From assembly GCA_002189035.1 (NCBI GenBank), contig NEEC01000014.1, forward strand, positions 2,604,001 through 2,668,000: a stretch of 64,000 bases of DNA, given 5' to 3'. The translations under genes and the position numbers were made by a program. Origin of the DNA: Utricularia gibba (Eukaryota > Plantae > Magnoliophyta). Under the pieces are notes generated by a model. It was not told where the DNA came from. It was given only the letters and a program-made list of their open reading frames with translations, and did not search any database. Below, piece by piece: positions 1 through 11,945 of this stretch; the first letter of the stretch is position 1; every line of letters starts with the position of its first letter.

Positions 1-1115
1 GGCATGTTCTTGACAGGTCAAAGGGGTCCCGACCCCCATTTTTTACGTCCATCTCCAAAAAAAAAAAAACATTAAAAAGGGATTTTATCGGGTGCGACAA
101 AAGGAATAAATCTTAGAGCACGTCACATTGCATTGAATTATACTCTTTCTTGCCAAACAACTTGTCCTCCAAAGTGAACAAATAACCTGAATACTATAAA
201 AAGAAAACAGGTGCACGGTGCACCCGCCCCCAGGCTACTCACACAGGAGGGACGACACTGTGTACTATATTCAAGTAATTAATTATATTATTATTTTTTA
301 TTACGATTGGGCCTAGTTCCGCTGAATCTAGGCCCATTCGTAAGCCTTTTAAAGCGTAGCTCACTAGGTTTTCAATGAACCGGCCGCGTCATAGTCCGGC
401 TCAAAACCTCTCTGTCGAACTTTTATTTTATATTATAATGTGGATAAAGCATATTTTCTATTTCAACGTCTGGGGATTACGGAATCATCAACTTAGGTTT
501 GCCAAAAGCAAATTTAAGAACGCAATTAAGATTTATTTTTATTAAATAAATCGGGAATATTTATTTAATTAGGAATGGTGATTAAGTCAATGCGTCTGTG
601 GAGCAGCGACTTAAATCTGCATTGAATATGGATTAGCTGCCGGGGGAGGGTTGGCCCCCGGGGAAGAGGAAGCGTTTACCTTTTGATTCCATTGGCCTTA
701 AGAACGAACTCCCAAGGCGTCCGCTTGTCAAAGGTTCTGTGGGAGGAGCTGCTTGATTGGGAGATTCTTGCTCCGATCGGAACACACAGCGTGTTTCAGC
801 TTCATTGGGTTCGTAATGGATGCGCTTTCTGGATCTTGTTGTGTAAATACGGCACCGATGATTTTTCCTGCGATGCGTTACTTTTCGGTTTCTGGTTTCG
901 TCACTAAGCTCTACTCCGTTCTTTTTGTTTTTCAATGCGCAGTCTGGGTTTTCACCGTTGATTCATGGGTTTCGCCTTTTTGGTGGGGTTGGCTCAAGGG
1001 GAGCTGTCCCGGAACGTGTTGCGGTTTGGTTTATGGCACTGAGCTTTCGGTCAACCAAAGTTCGCGCGCTGGATTATTTCGATTCAAGAATTTTCTTTTA
1101 GGGAATCTTAACATC

Positions 1116-3040
1116 ATGAAGTGAGTTTTATGGATCATATCTTTCTCTTCAAGTCCTGCAAATTTGTAGTTATCTATACAGGCTTGGGTTCGTGGTGATT
1201 ATATATGGTGAAATTGAGGGTTCATTCCAGAGTAGAGTGATTATTCTTCTTCAGTTCTAGAAAGGAATTTGTATTGGCGTTTTGGATTCAAGGTTGATCA
1301 TATACATGTGCAAGATTGATATGTGGACCTTTTTGCTGTGTGTCATAAAGACCTTCAATTAATTTGATTCTCCGTACAGTTTGTTCCTGCTCCTGTTAAT
1401 ACCTCTTAATGTTTTTGTGTGGTCTTCTCAGTTTCGGTAAATGCATAATGTCATTTTAAAGGTCACGAGCTAATCTGCCCACCTATGTTTTTGCTCTATT
1501 GTAGCAGAGCCAGGACATTCTTCGGCGTCTCACTTTCCTTAATCATCATTAACATGGCTTCGATAATGGAGCGTGCAGATGAAAATCTTCTCCCTGCCGT
1601 TTACAAGGAAGTCAGCGAAGCCTTTGCTGCTGGGCCATCAGACCTTGGATACCTCACTTTTATCAGGAACTTCGTGCAGGGACTGGCATCACCAATTGCT
1701 GGGGTGCTAACTATTACCTATGACCGCCCCACGGTCCTTGCAATGGGGAGTCTCTGTTGGGCTTTATCGACTGCTGCTGTTGGAGGGAGCAAATATTTCA
1801 CTCAAGTTGCATTCTGGAGAGCAGTGAATGGCTTTGGACTTGCAATTGTCATACCAGCACTTCAGTCTTTTATTGCTGATAGCTACAAGGATGGTGTCAG
1901 AGGGGCTGGATTTGGATTCCTGAATCTCATTGGGACCGTTGGAGGCATTGGCGGTGGAGCCATTGCCACTGTGATGGCTGGGTACACTTTTTGGGGTGTA
2001 CCAGGATGGAGACTCGCGTTTCTGATAATGGGAACCGTGAGCTGTTTTATTGGATTTCTTGTTTTTCAGTTTGTTGATGACCCAGAGAGGGTAACCAGTT
2101 CCCATGATTCTGGTCAAACGCACGACAGGTATATTGGTTACACTTACCTTCGGTTTTTTCACTCTTCAGTTACTTATTAGTGCTCGCTGTTTAAAGGGAG
2201 AATTTGATCGAGAATAGAAGCACGATATCCTCATCTCTGTGGAGTGAATCCTGGAGAGCCATGAAAATTGTCATGAAAGTTCGAACTTTTCAGTTCATTG
2301 TTTTGCAAGGTCTTGTTGGCTCCATTCCGTGGACAGCTTTTGTCTTCATCACCCTCTGGTTTGAACTCATCGGTATGTCATACAGTCACTAATTCTCTGA
2401 TACATTGCGCAAGGAGAAGCTAACATACATTCCCCACGCAGGCTTCGATCATAAGAGCGCTGCATCCTTGGTCAGTCTCTTCGCTGCGGGATGCGCTCTT
2501 GGATCCTTTTTCGGCGGCGTAATCGCGGACCGAATTTCCCAAAAATATCCATACTCGGGTCGCATCATGTGCGCACAGTTCAGTGCCGCCATGGGAATCC
2601 CCTTCTCCATCCTCCTCCTCCGAGGCATCCATCAAGATGTCAAGAGCTACCCCGCTTACGCCATCACCCTCCTCCTGATGGGCCTCGTTATCAGCTGGAA
2701 CGGCACGGCGGCGAACGGACCGATGTTCGCCCAGGTAGTCCCTGCCAAACACCGCACCATGATCTATGCATTCGATCGTGCCTTTGAAGTATCATTCTCC
2801 TCGTTCGCTGCCCCCGTGGTGGGGATTCTTGCGGAGAAGATCTACGGCTACGACATCAAAAGCATAGATCCCGTTCGGGGTTCGGCCAAGGCAGCAGTTG
2901 CTCTGTCCAGAGGGCTTCTGTGCATGATGGTGGTTCCCTTTGGACTGTGCTGCCTGTTTTACACCCCCTTGTACTGGACGTTTCAGCAGGACTGTGACAA
3001 CGCCAGGACACCAAGTTCCAAGGAAGAAGAGATGCAATAG
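1116..3040 (+). CDS. Major facilitator superfamily (MFS_1) transporter, plant Spinster/UNE2-like group; 4 coding exons, ~467 aa
   Basis: join(1116..1120,1505..2128,2197..2372,2442..3040) = 1404 nt with all GT-AG introns and consistent phases. Protein MNRARTFFGVSLSLIIINMASIMERADENLLP...; repeated hydrophobic helices; MFS motif-A-like GGVIADRISQKYPYSGR. Confidence 0.9.
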
Positions 3041-3386
3041 CTGCGTGTTTATTAATTACATCCATGTTGTAATAAGAAGGAAGCTCCCCGTCGGTTGAAT
3101 GCGGACACCGTTGACACCTCACACGACAATGATCCTTCCAACAACCGCTCCTTTACACCTCACCTATCCCCCACTCTTAAAACGTGCTTCTTAGATGCCC
3201 ATTCAAATGGGAGGCTTTGAATTTTGAAAATTTAAATGAATTGATGTTAACTCATAAATCAGGCTCAGTGGACTTTCTATTTTTAAAATGATTTAATAAA
3301 ATTAGAATGGTAAACCAATGACTATTCTAACCGTTACCTGCGCAATACTATAAGAAAGGAAGAGCATTCCACTTCGGCGTGCAGTA

Positions 3387-3402
3387 CACGTGTCAAATGA
3401 CG
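3387..3402 (+). promoter_or_regulatory. G-box (CACGTG, 3387-3392) and TGACG motif (3398-3402) upstream of AOC
   Basis: Motifs read directly, ~270 bp upstream of the AOC ATG. Function is inferred from known MYC2/G-box control of jasmonate genes. Confidence 0.45.
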
Positions 3403-3664
3403 ACAGGAGGAATATTTTGATACCTATATTCCAAAATACTATCCAATCCAACCACTTTTGAACCGGCACTCAGGAATTCTGGCAATTCATGATTTTTTTT
3501 TAGATATTGAAAATGTTATTTGGTAAATAAGCGGGAAAGTATTCGGTGATATAAAACTGTTCCCATCAGTCTACTATTCAAGTTTTTAATATAATTAATT
3601 ACCCAAAATCTTTCCCACCGCCTATTAATATGTCATGCCGCTTTCACTCGGCACCCAAGAAGCC

Positions 3665-4533
3665 ATGGCTGCGTCTTCGGCTACTGCAGTGCTCAAGGCC
3701 GCCCTCGCGGGTTCAACGGCGAGGCTGCCAACCGCCACCGGCGCGGCGGCGAAGAACTTTGTGGTTTCGGTTCAGCAGAAAAAGTCTGTCAACCTCAAAC
3801 TATGCTGCGCTGCTGCGAGATCGTTTAGCCTGAGTAGCCAGGCGGATGCATCGGAGAGGAGATCTGGTTAGTCCTTGGGACTTGATTGGGAGATCCACGA
3901 TTTTCCTTGATTTATTGTACTATTTTTTTCAGGAAAGATTCAGGAACTGAACGTGTACGAGATCAATGAACGCGACCGCGGGAGTCCTGCTTACCTCCGA
4001 TTGAGCCAGAAATCCGTCAACTCCCTCGGCGATCTCGTTCCTTTCAGCAACAAGGTAAAGCGGAGTGCGACGATTCCACTGATTGACTAATTATCCAATT
4101 AGATTTGAAGTCGAGTGCGGGTTGGTTGCAGATCTACACCGGTGATTTGAAGAAGCGTGCAGGAATTACCTCGGGGATATGCATTCTCATCAAGAACGAG
4201 CCAGAGAAGAAAGGCGACCGTTACGAGGCGATCTACAGCTTCTATTTCGGCGACTACGGCCACATCTCCGTACAGGGGCCGTATCTGACGTACGCCGGCA
4301 CGTACCTCGCTGTGACCGGCGGCTCCGGCGTGTTCGAGGGTGTGTACGGACAAGTGAAGTTGCACCAAATCATCTTCCCTTTCAAGCTGTTCTACACTTT
4401 CTACTTGCGAGGGATCCCTGATCTGCCCCAGGAACTTCTCGGCCAGGCCGTCCCGCCAGCGGTGGACGTGGAGCCCACCGCCGCGGCGAAGGCATGCGAG
4501 GCCGGAGCCACTCTCCCCAACTTCACCAATTAA
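3665..4533 (+). CDS. AOC: Allene oxide cyclase, chloroplastic; 3 exons, 241 aa
   Basis: join(3665..3866,3933..4054,4132..4533) = 726 nt. Ala/Ser-rich transit peptide, then [40 protein letters not shown]|[17 protein letters not shown]...[24 protein letters not shown]...TGGSGVFEG...PNFTN, typical of the AOC family. Confidence 0.97.
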
Positions 4534-5349
4534 AACCCCAGGGATTTGCAGGCGCACCAAGTGGAATTAAATTCAAATGCGCATCTTAGCCTCGAGTAGC
4601 GTTGTAGGAAACGAGCAGGGTTTTCCAATTTTTAATTCTCATGCGCACAAATAACAAATTATTACACCATTTTTCCTACATAATATATCAAAATGCATCT
4701 TATCCCATTCGGTCGGCATTGGCAACCTCCAGAACATGAAGCTCAGGCATCATCTCCTCCTCCATCACGTAATCTCTGTCTGCACAGGCCCCATAAAAAA
4801 GGACACACACTGTTCATCGTTCATCTTTCCACAAGAATCTTTATTGCATTGCCTTCTTTTTAAAGTGGGGGGCTGTCCGGAAACGGACAATACTGGCACG
4901 TGCTACGGTGCCACACCCCCACGTCACGACAATTCACTATTCATGCCCTTCTCACCCCCACACACTCCCATTTTAAAACGCACGTGAGGAATATCATTTG
5001 TTTATAATTTTTATGAATCATTTCAAAACAATAATAATAATAATAATAACCTCAAAAACAGCGCCGTGGGCCCATGCTTCAATTGAATCCACCGTTCCGC
5101 TCTCTAGCCCAGGATTGGCCCGGTGGGATTTTGGGCTATCCACTGCCTTGATCCACTTGGCTACATCCGCCCCTACCCCCACACTGGTTGTTGTCTCCAT
5201 CTACGATCAGGAAACTGATTTATTTTGGGCCGACGTCTGTACGCGTGATGCTTTCAAATGGGCCCAGTATGGAATGTGGAAATGGTTGGGGTGGATCGAG
5301 GAGAGGTCTCCTGGTCGGCGATACAACGGTCAACACAGGGACGCTTCCG

Positions 5350-7753
5350 ATGGGGGAGAGAAAAGGGATGCTTACGGTTACGAAGAAGAAGAAGAAGAAG
5401 AAGAAGGGCGACTCGGAAGCTTCAGACGAATCAACTCCTCTACAGGAGTCTGCCGTGGGCGATGGAATCTGGACATTTATCATCTCGCGAAATAGTAATT
5501 TATGGTTTCTCTGCATAGCTCTTTTCGCTGTTTTGGTTCGCCTCGCTGTCGCGCTGCACCCATACTCCGGGCGCAAACACCGCCGATGTTTGGGGATTAC
5601 GAGGCGCAGCGACACTGGATGGAGATAACAGTCAACCTTCCGGTTAGAGAGTGGTATCGGAACACCACGGCGAATGATTTGGGATACTGGGGCCTGGACT
5701 ACCCACCATTAACAGGGTATCAGAGCTATGTTCATGGGCTGATCCTCAAATTCTTTGACCCTGCTTCAGTGTCGCTGCACTCCTCTCGGGGATATGAATC
5801 CTACATAGGGTGCGCTTCTCCCTAGTGTAAAAACTGATCGAATGGGGTAGTTGAATTTCAAGGGTTACTCCTTTTGTTCCTTACGGATGTCTCGGTCCAA
5901 TGCATTTCTAATTTTGCAGGAAACTGTTGATGAGATGGACGGTCCTCATGTCTGATTTGCTGATATTCTTTCCATCTGTGCTATTCTTTCTTAATGTATA
6001 TCGCTCTACAATGCTCCATGGAGAAAAAACCCACATGGCCTGGCACACAACCATGATTTTGTTGAACCCGTGTCTCATTTTGATTGATCATGGTCATTTT
6101 CAGGTATATGCAAGGAATTAACAGTCCTTTCAAATTGTGTCAAGTTTCACTTTTTATTTGATATTTCATTGCATTTCTTGTAGTACAACTGTATCAGTTT
6201 GGGATTAACCACTGCAGCCGTGGCTGCGGTTCTATCAAATAGAAATTTTGTTGGCTCCATATTGTTCTGCCTTGCTCTGAACCACAAACAGGTACATTGA
6301 GCTCAGTGAAAAGCTACTCTTCTTTTCCCTGAACTTCTGAGATAGCAAGTAATCCTATTTTGTGGAATTCCGTATCCGTTTAACATGGTTATGGCTTCTT
6401 TCACTTGTCACTCATTAAAAGCTCGTGGAAAAAAAACGTATACAATGGATTCACTATGTATTTTTAGATTCTGTAAACGCTCCGATTACCCTAAATCGGT
6501 GAAAGACCCTATCTTTCATTCATAAACGTTTTTCTTATGTGGTTTTGGTTTTTTGCCTTCAGATGAGTGCATACTATGCACCTGCCTTTTTTGCTTACCT
6601 TTTGGGGAAGTGCATGAGGCGCCCGAATCCTATTCTCGAGATCCTAAAATTGGGTTTGGTTGTATTGGGTACCTTTGTTATAATTTGGTGGCCATATCTT
6701 CACTCCATTAATGCAGTTTTGGAGGTAAATTTCATTTCATTTTTACTTTTTTCATCTGTAAGCATTATAAGGGCAGCGGAGTTTTTAAGAAAGGGTGAAA
6801 TGCGTTTTTATTGCTATGAATCATGCCTATGCTTTCATTTTACTTCGAAATGGCGATTCTTTTTCACAGTGAAGGAAATAATAATCGAGTCTTATCAAGT
6901 TGGGTATTTGTTATTAAATTATGACTTTGAACACTTGATTGATGTTTGAAACAGGTGCTTTCTCGCTTAGCACCTTTTGAAAGAGGCATCTATGAGGATT
7001 ATGTGGCCAATTTTTGGTGTGCAACATCCGTTATTGTGAAGTGGAAAAGATGGTTTTCGTCACAACCTCTAAAACTTCTAAGTCTCGCAGCAACCATTTC
7101 TGCTTGTCTTCCTTCTATGATTCAGCTCATCATGTCACCAAGTAGACTTGGTTTTCTTTATGGATTGCTGAACAGCTCTTTAGCATTTTACCTGTTCTCA
7201 TTCCAAGGTGCACGTTAATCACCATTTTTGTTACCCATACCATATTTCTCTACCTCTCTCTCTCTCTCTTTCTGCTGCACTCTTATTTCTTTTACATTTT
7301 GAATCTTTTTCAGTACACGAGAAGTCCATTTTACTTCCGCTTCTGCCTGCGAGCTTCGTTGCCTTGGAAGAAACATCTACTCTCTGGTGGTTAGTTTATG
7401 CTGCTTTGCTCTCCATGTTTCCCCTTTTGCGCCGTGACAAGTTGATAACTGCATATGCTGCTTTATGTGCTCTTTTTGCACTTCTCTATCATGCCCCTGA
7501 TGGGAAAATGTCCGAAAGAAAGACACACTCCTCATCCCTACTTCTCAAGTACCTGGCATGCGGTTGCAATATATCCCTTCAGATCGTCTACCTGACCGTC
7601 AATCCACCCAATAAATACCCTTTTCTCATTGAAGCCTTTATCATGATTTTCTCTTTCTCCCAGTTCTTGTGCATTGCTTTGTATCTAAACAGAAAACAGT
7701 GGGCGCTTTCTGACACTTGTGCTCTACTCACTTCAAAAAAGAAGAGCAACTAG
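5350..7753 (+). CDS. ALG6: Dolichyl-P-Glc:Man9GlcNAc2-PP-dolichol alpha-1,3-glucosyltransferase; 6 exons, ~535 aa; one apparent 1-nt deletion at 5569-5571
   Basis: Exons 5350..5809, 5920..6103, 6184..6291, 6563..6724, 6955..7207, 7314..7753. Conserved motifs [35 protein letters not shown]|YNCISLG, NHKQ|[30 protein letters not shown]|VHEKSILLP and C-terminal KKKSN (ER-retrieval-like). The frame breaks after HPYSG. Confidence 0.93.
5382..5406 (+). repeat. (GAA/AAG)8 microsatellite encoding the poly-Lys tract of the ALG6 N-terminus
   Basis: Direct read: gaagaagaagaagaagaagaagaag; translated [11 protein letters not shown]. Confidence 0.9.
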
Positions 7754-8386
7754 CCTAATACACACATGGAAAAGGCTTCTCCCCCTGTGCTCCAGAGCTG
7801 ATCCTTTTGTGAGTTTGTCTGTCTGTCATTGGGAGCCCTTCTTGGGGTTACTCTCATCAGCCTTGAAGCCGCAACCTCTCTCTCTCCCCCCTGTACCAAC
7901 CACGCCTCGAGTTGCCAAGGGCCCTGCTGCCATCCCACCTTGTTGTGCGTACTGCGAATTTTCGTTCTGCATTAAATTCCTGTTCTGCTCTCACTCATTC
8001 ATTCTCTTGGTGGATGTTGTGGTGTGCAGTGGAAATGTGATTTTTAAATGACTGTTGAGCACCTGGGAAATTCCCAGCAGAATTAGCCCCTCATTTTGGT
8101 TCTCAAAGATTTTGTAATTTTGAAACAGATTTTAATTATGTATAAAAACTGGATGCGATAAGCGTTTGTGATTTGTATCGGCCCAGCCAAACCCTATCTG
8201 GAGATGTGGCCCCTTGAGAATCCCGTTTGAGAGCGACCATCTTGTTATTTCAAAGGTGGGCAGATATTATGTGATCTCTTTCTTCTCTGTTGTGGTCGTA
8301 TTTTCCGGGGGGAATAAACTCGGGAAAGGTCTATTGCACGACGGCGGATCATCCGCCCAGCCCACAGCCTACGACTCTACGTACAT

Positions 8387-9262
8387 CTAACACATCGGAA
8401 GTTGAAGCCGCAACTCCATTTTATGCAATCCGGCGGCGTCGCCATCGAGGGGCAGATCCCTGTGCTTCACGCAACGTTTGACTGGTTCTAACCCCAGCGT
8501 CAGATTCAAATCTATTTGTCTGTCATCCGGGTCGGCGACGTGGGTCTCGGACGAACTCGGGCACGCGCTATCCCTGCTACTGCTACTTCCTCTCTGTGCA
8601 TTCGTCTCCGCCGGCGCCGCAGATTGGTGACTCAAAGACGACCCATGATGGCTCGGTGACCGCTCCTCCGAGGAACCGCTGACCCGTGCACGTTTCTTCC
8701 CGCTGCGCTTGAACTTGCGCCGAGATTGGAGCTGGTTGAGACCGGTTCCGTCTCTATCCTTGTTGGAGACGTGTCTGATGTCGTAGGGAAGCTTCAACGG
8801 CGGAGCCGTGTCGGACTCGTCGGGAGCCACGATGTCGGTGATGGGTGATCCGGCGAGAACAGCATCGACTGCGTCCTGGCAACGCTTCCACGTCCCCGAG
8901 CAAAGCAAGCCCACGGACCCAGAGATCGGGTCCACGATTCTCCCGCAGGCCTCGTACAGCAGAGACTTCAGTATAGCTGCGAGAACCACAAGTCGTAAGA
9001 CTTTGAACGAAAACGGGGGAGAAGAATCTTGGTGGGTCAATTGGAAATGGCGTTAGTTAGTTCGCGTGTTACCTGGTCGGAGATTCGGAGCCCCAGCATT
9101 GATGAGGTTGACGAGCCCGGCGCGGCCGTAGAACTTGGCGAGGAAGACGGTGGCGTTGGCCTGCGCCTCGGGGCTCCTGATCCACTCCAAACAAGGGCGT
9201 ATCGTGCACTTGTCGCTGCATCCTTTCCGGAGGACACGGCATCCATTGCAGCTCATCCGCAT
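8387..9262 (-). CDS. LBD41: Class II LOB-domain protein (LBD40/41/42 clade); 2 exons, 259 aa
   Basis: complement(join(8387..8976,9073..9262)) = 780 nt. Starts [28 protein letters not shown] (CX2CX6CX3C), then [15 protein letters not shown] and [14 protein letters not shown]-terminal EAR-like LNLTL and MELRLQL. The symbol is clade-level; the exact paralogue is not resolved. Confidence 0.93.
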
Positions 9263-9387
9263 AGCTCAGCTCTTGTTGTTGTTGTTGTTCTTCTTCTTCT
9301 TCTTCTTCTTCTATGTAAACACGCGCGGTGGTCGGAATCGGAATGGGAATGGGAATTGGGATTGGAATGAAATGGAGGCGAAGAAGT

Positions 9388-9550
9388 ATTTATATATACC
9401 CCAGGAGGAATTATATTAATCATTTAAAAAATGATTAAATGGCACCCCGGGGGTGGTTTTGGTTTCCAGGGTGGCCCCCAAGGCATGCAACTGTGGTTTT
9501 CCAGGTTCATGGAATCCGGAAACTATTCAATGAAATGGAAACCCGGTTTT
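9388..9550 (-). promoter_or_regulatory. LBD proximal promoter: TATA box plus clustered AAACCA/AAACC (anaerobic response, HRPE-like) motifs
   Basis: Minus-strand TATATAAA at ~9388-9398. Plus-strand TGGTTT at 9454, 9460 and 9494 and CGGTTTT at 9544, with adjacent GC-rich (GCCCC-like) runs. Confidence 0.5.
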
Positions 9551-10170
9551 GTAAAGTCAAATACCTTGTCATGACAGCTGGCGCGGTTCCCCAGCAGCGA
9601 TGCCGGCCGGACCGGACGGACCCTTCAACCCTAGGGCTAGGCCTCCTCCACACCAATTCTTCTAGATATTTTCATAAGAGTTTGTTTTAAATTAGGCGAA
9701 TATAGTGGTAGAATAAATAAGAAGAGAAATAAAATAATGGGACTGGGACTGGGACTGGGAGGCCGAATTGGTTCTGGAAAGGCGTACGTGGGTGGGTGGC
9801 TGGCTGGCTAGAGATTAGAAAACCCAAACCCGGGGGCGGGGGCGGGGGCAGTGTGCGTGAAAGGCACGTGAAGGGCGAGAGGGGCATGGGGGACGCGTGG
9901 TGGCCGTCAGATTGCGGTCGAATGGGGGCACCGATAGCGGATGGGTGTCGCGGGGGCCAAGATGATGGATGGATAGCCCACACCGGACGCAGACAAAATA
10001 CCAACATCCCTCTCCCTCTCCCTCTCCCTCTCCCATCTACCGCACTCCAGCTCTCGCCTCGCCTCGCCTCCCGGTTTTGTGGAAAACCGCGAAACCGGAT
10101 TCCGGGATGCGCCAAACTGTGAGCGGAGGTGTTTTCCAGATTTGGTAACCTGTTTTGTTTCTGTGGGCGG

Positions 10171-10184
10171 GAGTGACGTCACTC
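10171..10184. promoter_or_regulatory. Perfect 14-bp palindrome GAGTGACGTCACTC containing a bZIP C-box/CRE core (TGACGTCA)
   Basis: Direct read; the sequence equals its own reverse complement. Confidence 0.5.
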
Positions 10185-11750
10185 GTCCTTATCTCCTCCC
10201 TGGCCACGGGCTCGGTCCTCCTCCCTTCTCCTGCCTTTTTTTGATTCCCACGGCTGACATGTCGCCCCGCTATTCGTTGGAAGGATCAATTTGCGAGTTA
10301 TCGGGTAACACCTTCCAAAATTCAGAAATCCGATGAGTCGGTAATGGGCCGAGTCGAGGGGCCTCTGCATGCTGCTCTGTTCTTGGGCCATTGGTGATGC
10401 CACTCCAATGGGAGCCCTTATGCTCGTTTCTCCAAAGGGGAATTTTGATTCCAGGTCGAACATCTGGTATCCTTTGATGTTGGGGTGGAAGGGGGTATCG
10501 CATGGATATGCAACTCCTTGCTCCCCAAGGTGACTGTAATCAGGTTTATTTTGGAAAATTACTTACTTGATCGGGTGTTCAGTTGGTGCTGGTGTCTTTG
10601 TTCCATTGCTCCATCCTTTTTAGAAATGAGTAGGTATGGGGTTGTTCAATTCCATCTTCTCTAAAGCCGAAGAGGTCAAATGCGCAATATAGGGGATTTT
10701 GAAATGATTGAGCCATTTGGTTCCATCGATTTCCCAATCATCATGGCCAATCTTGAAGGGAGGCAGGCAGGCAGCATCAACTTTGAATAAATGCAGATAT
10801 ATTGTACTTTTTGGCCAAATCTAATCTAAATCTGCCCAAAAGTATCTTGGAATCAATCCCTTTTGTATATATGGGGCAACCGTAGCTTGGGGAAATCTGA
10901 TTGTTTGAAGTCTGTTTGTTAAAGCAGAGCCAGGTTAGAACGCATGTGTTCTAGTGTGTGTCGCATGAGAGACATTAGCATATTCTGATGCTAGAAATCA
11001 TTTACCATCTGAGGAACACTTTGGTTCCTTCTGTCACACTACTATTGTTCCCCACGGAGTGCCACTCATCCTTTTTCTTTGAATTGCTCTGCTGGGAATC
11101 TATATTCGTGTGTGCTCAGTCATGTGAACGTGGGCATTTGCGCTTATTTGCCTCCTTTTACAGCCGCTTTTATGGCCATTTGCAGAGGAAGAATGGGCAT
11201 CACCGGATCCGGTCTTCTTGGACCACAGCATCACAGGCTTGATCGAGTGAAGGAGAGACTTCCTTCGTCATCAGGCAACGTATCATTCCCTTTTGGAAAC
11301 TCGTGTGCAGCACATAATTACACATCATCTCCTTATCCTTCTCCCTCACAGGACCAACTATACAACAACTTTGCCGGCTTCATCAACACCAAGGGGTACC
11401 AGATTTCACTCTATTATATACCTCTTCCATTCTGCGCATTCAATGCTCGCTCATTCATTCCCTCGTCCGATTCCAAGACGCACAAGCTGCAAACCCATCT
11501 CTCTGACTCTGTCTGCTCGTGATGAAGGAAGCCCATTAGTTTCCCAACGCACATCGATGCGGCATTGTCAGTTTTTACGGTTGCCGCAAGGCCACATGGC
11601 CTCACCAAGTGCTAACTAATTCATCCAGCCGTACAGAATAAACTTTTTGTTAACAGTTTTTAATACAGGATGAAGTAATTGTGTTTTTCACGTGGATTTT
11701 TCTTAATTAGACGAGTTTTCTAAAAATATGTTTTCAACTATTATCACATA

Positions 11751-11774
11751 ATATATATATATATATATATATAT
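11751..11774. repeat. (AT)12 microsatellite
   Basis: Direct read. Confidence 0.9.
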
Positions 11775-11945
11775 CCAAATACAAATAAATAAATTATAAA
11801 AATTCAAGATAATTACTTTTTAAAAATCATACGAATAGTAAAAAAATATATATATACAACACACAAAAAGAAGATCGAGGAAGAGGGAAAAAAGCGATAG
11901 GTTTACTTTTATTGTGTCCGTACCGTCCGACCAAGCTCGGGGAAA

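Noticed and set aside
1764-2162. 132-aa minus-strand ORF, and similar antisense ORFs at 2420..2752, 4099..4560 and 5220..5615
   Set aside because: These are antisense shadows of the MFS, AOC and ALG6 exons, with no independent protein signature.
3076-3088. GAAGGAAGCTCCC resembling the 3' half of miR319/miR159
   Set aside because: Only a partial, mismatched match in the MFS 3' UTR, with no hairpin partner.
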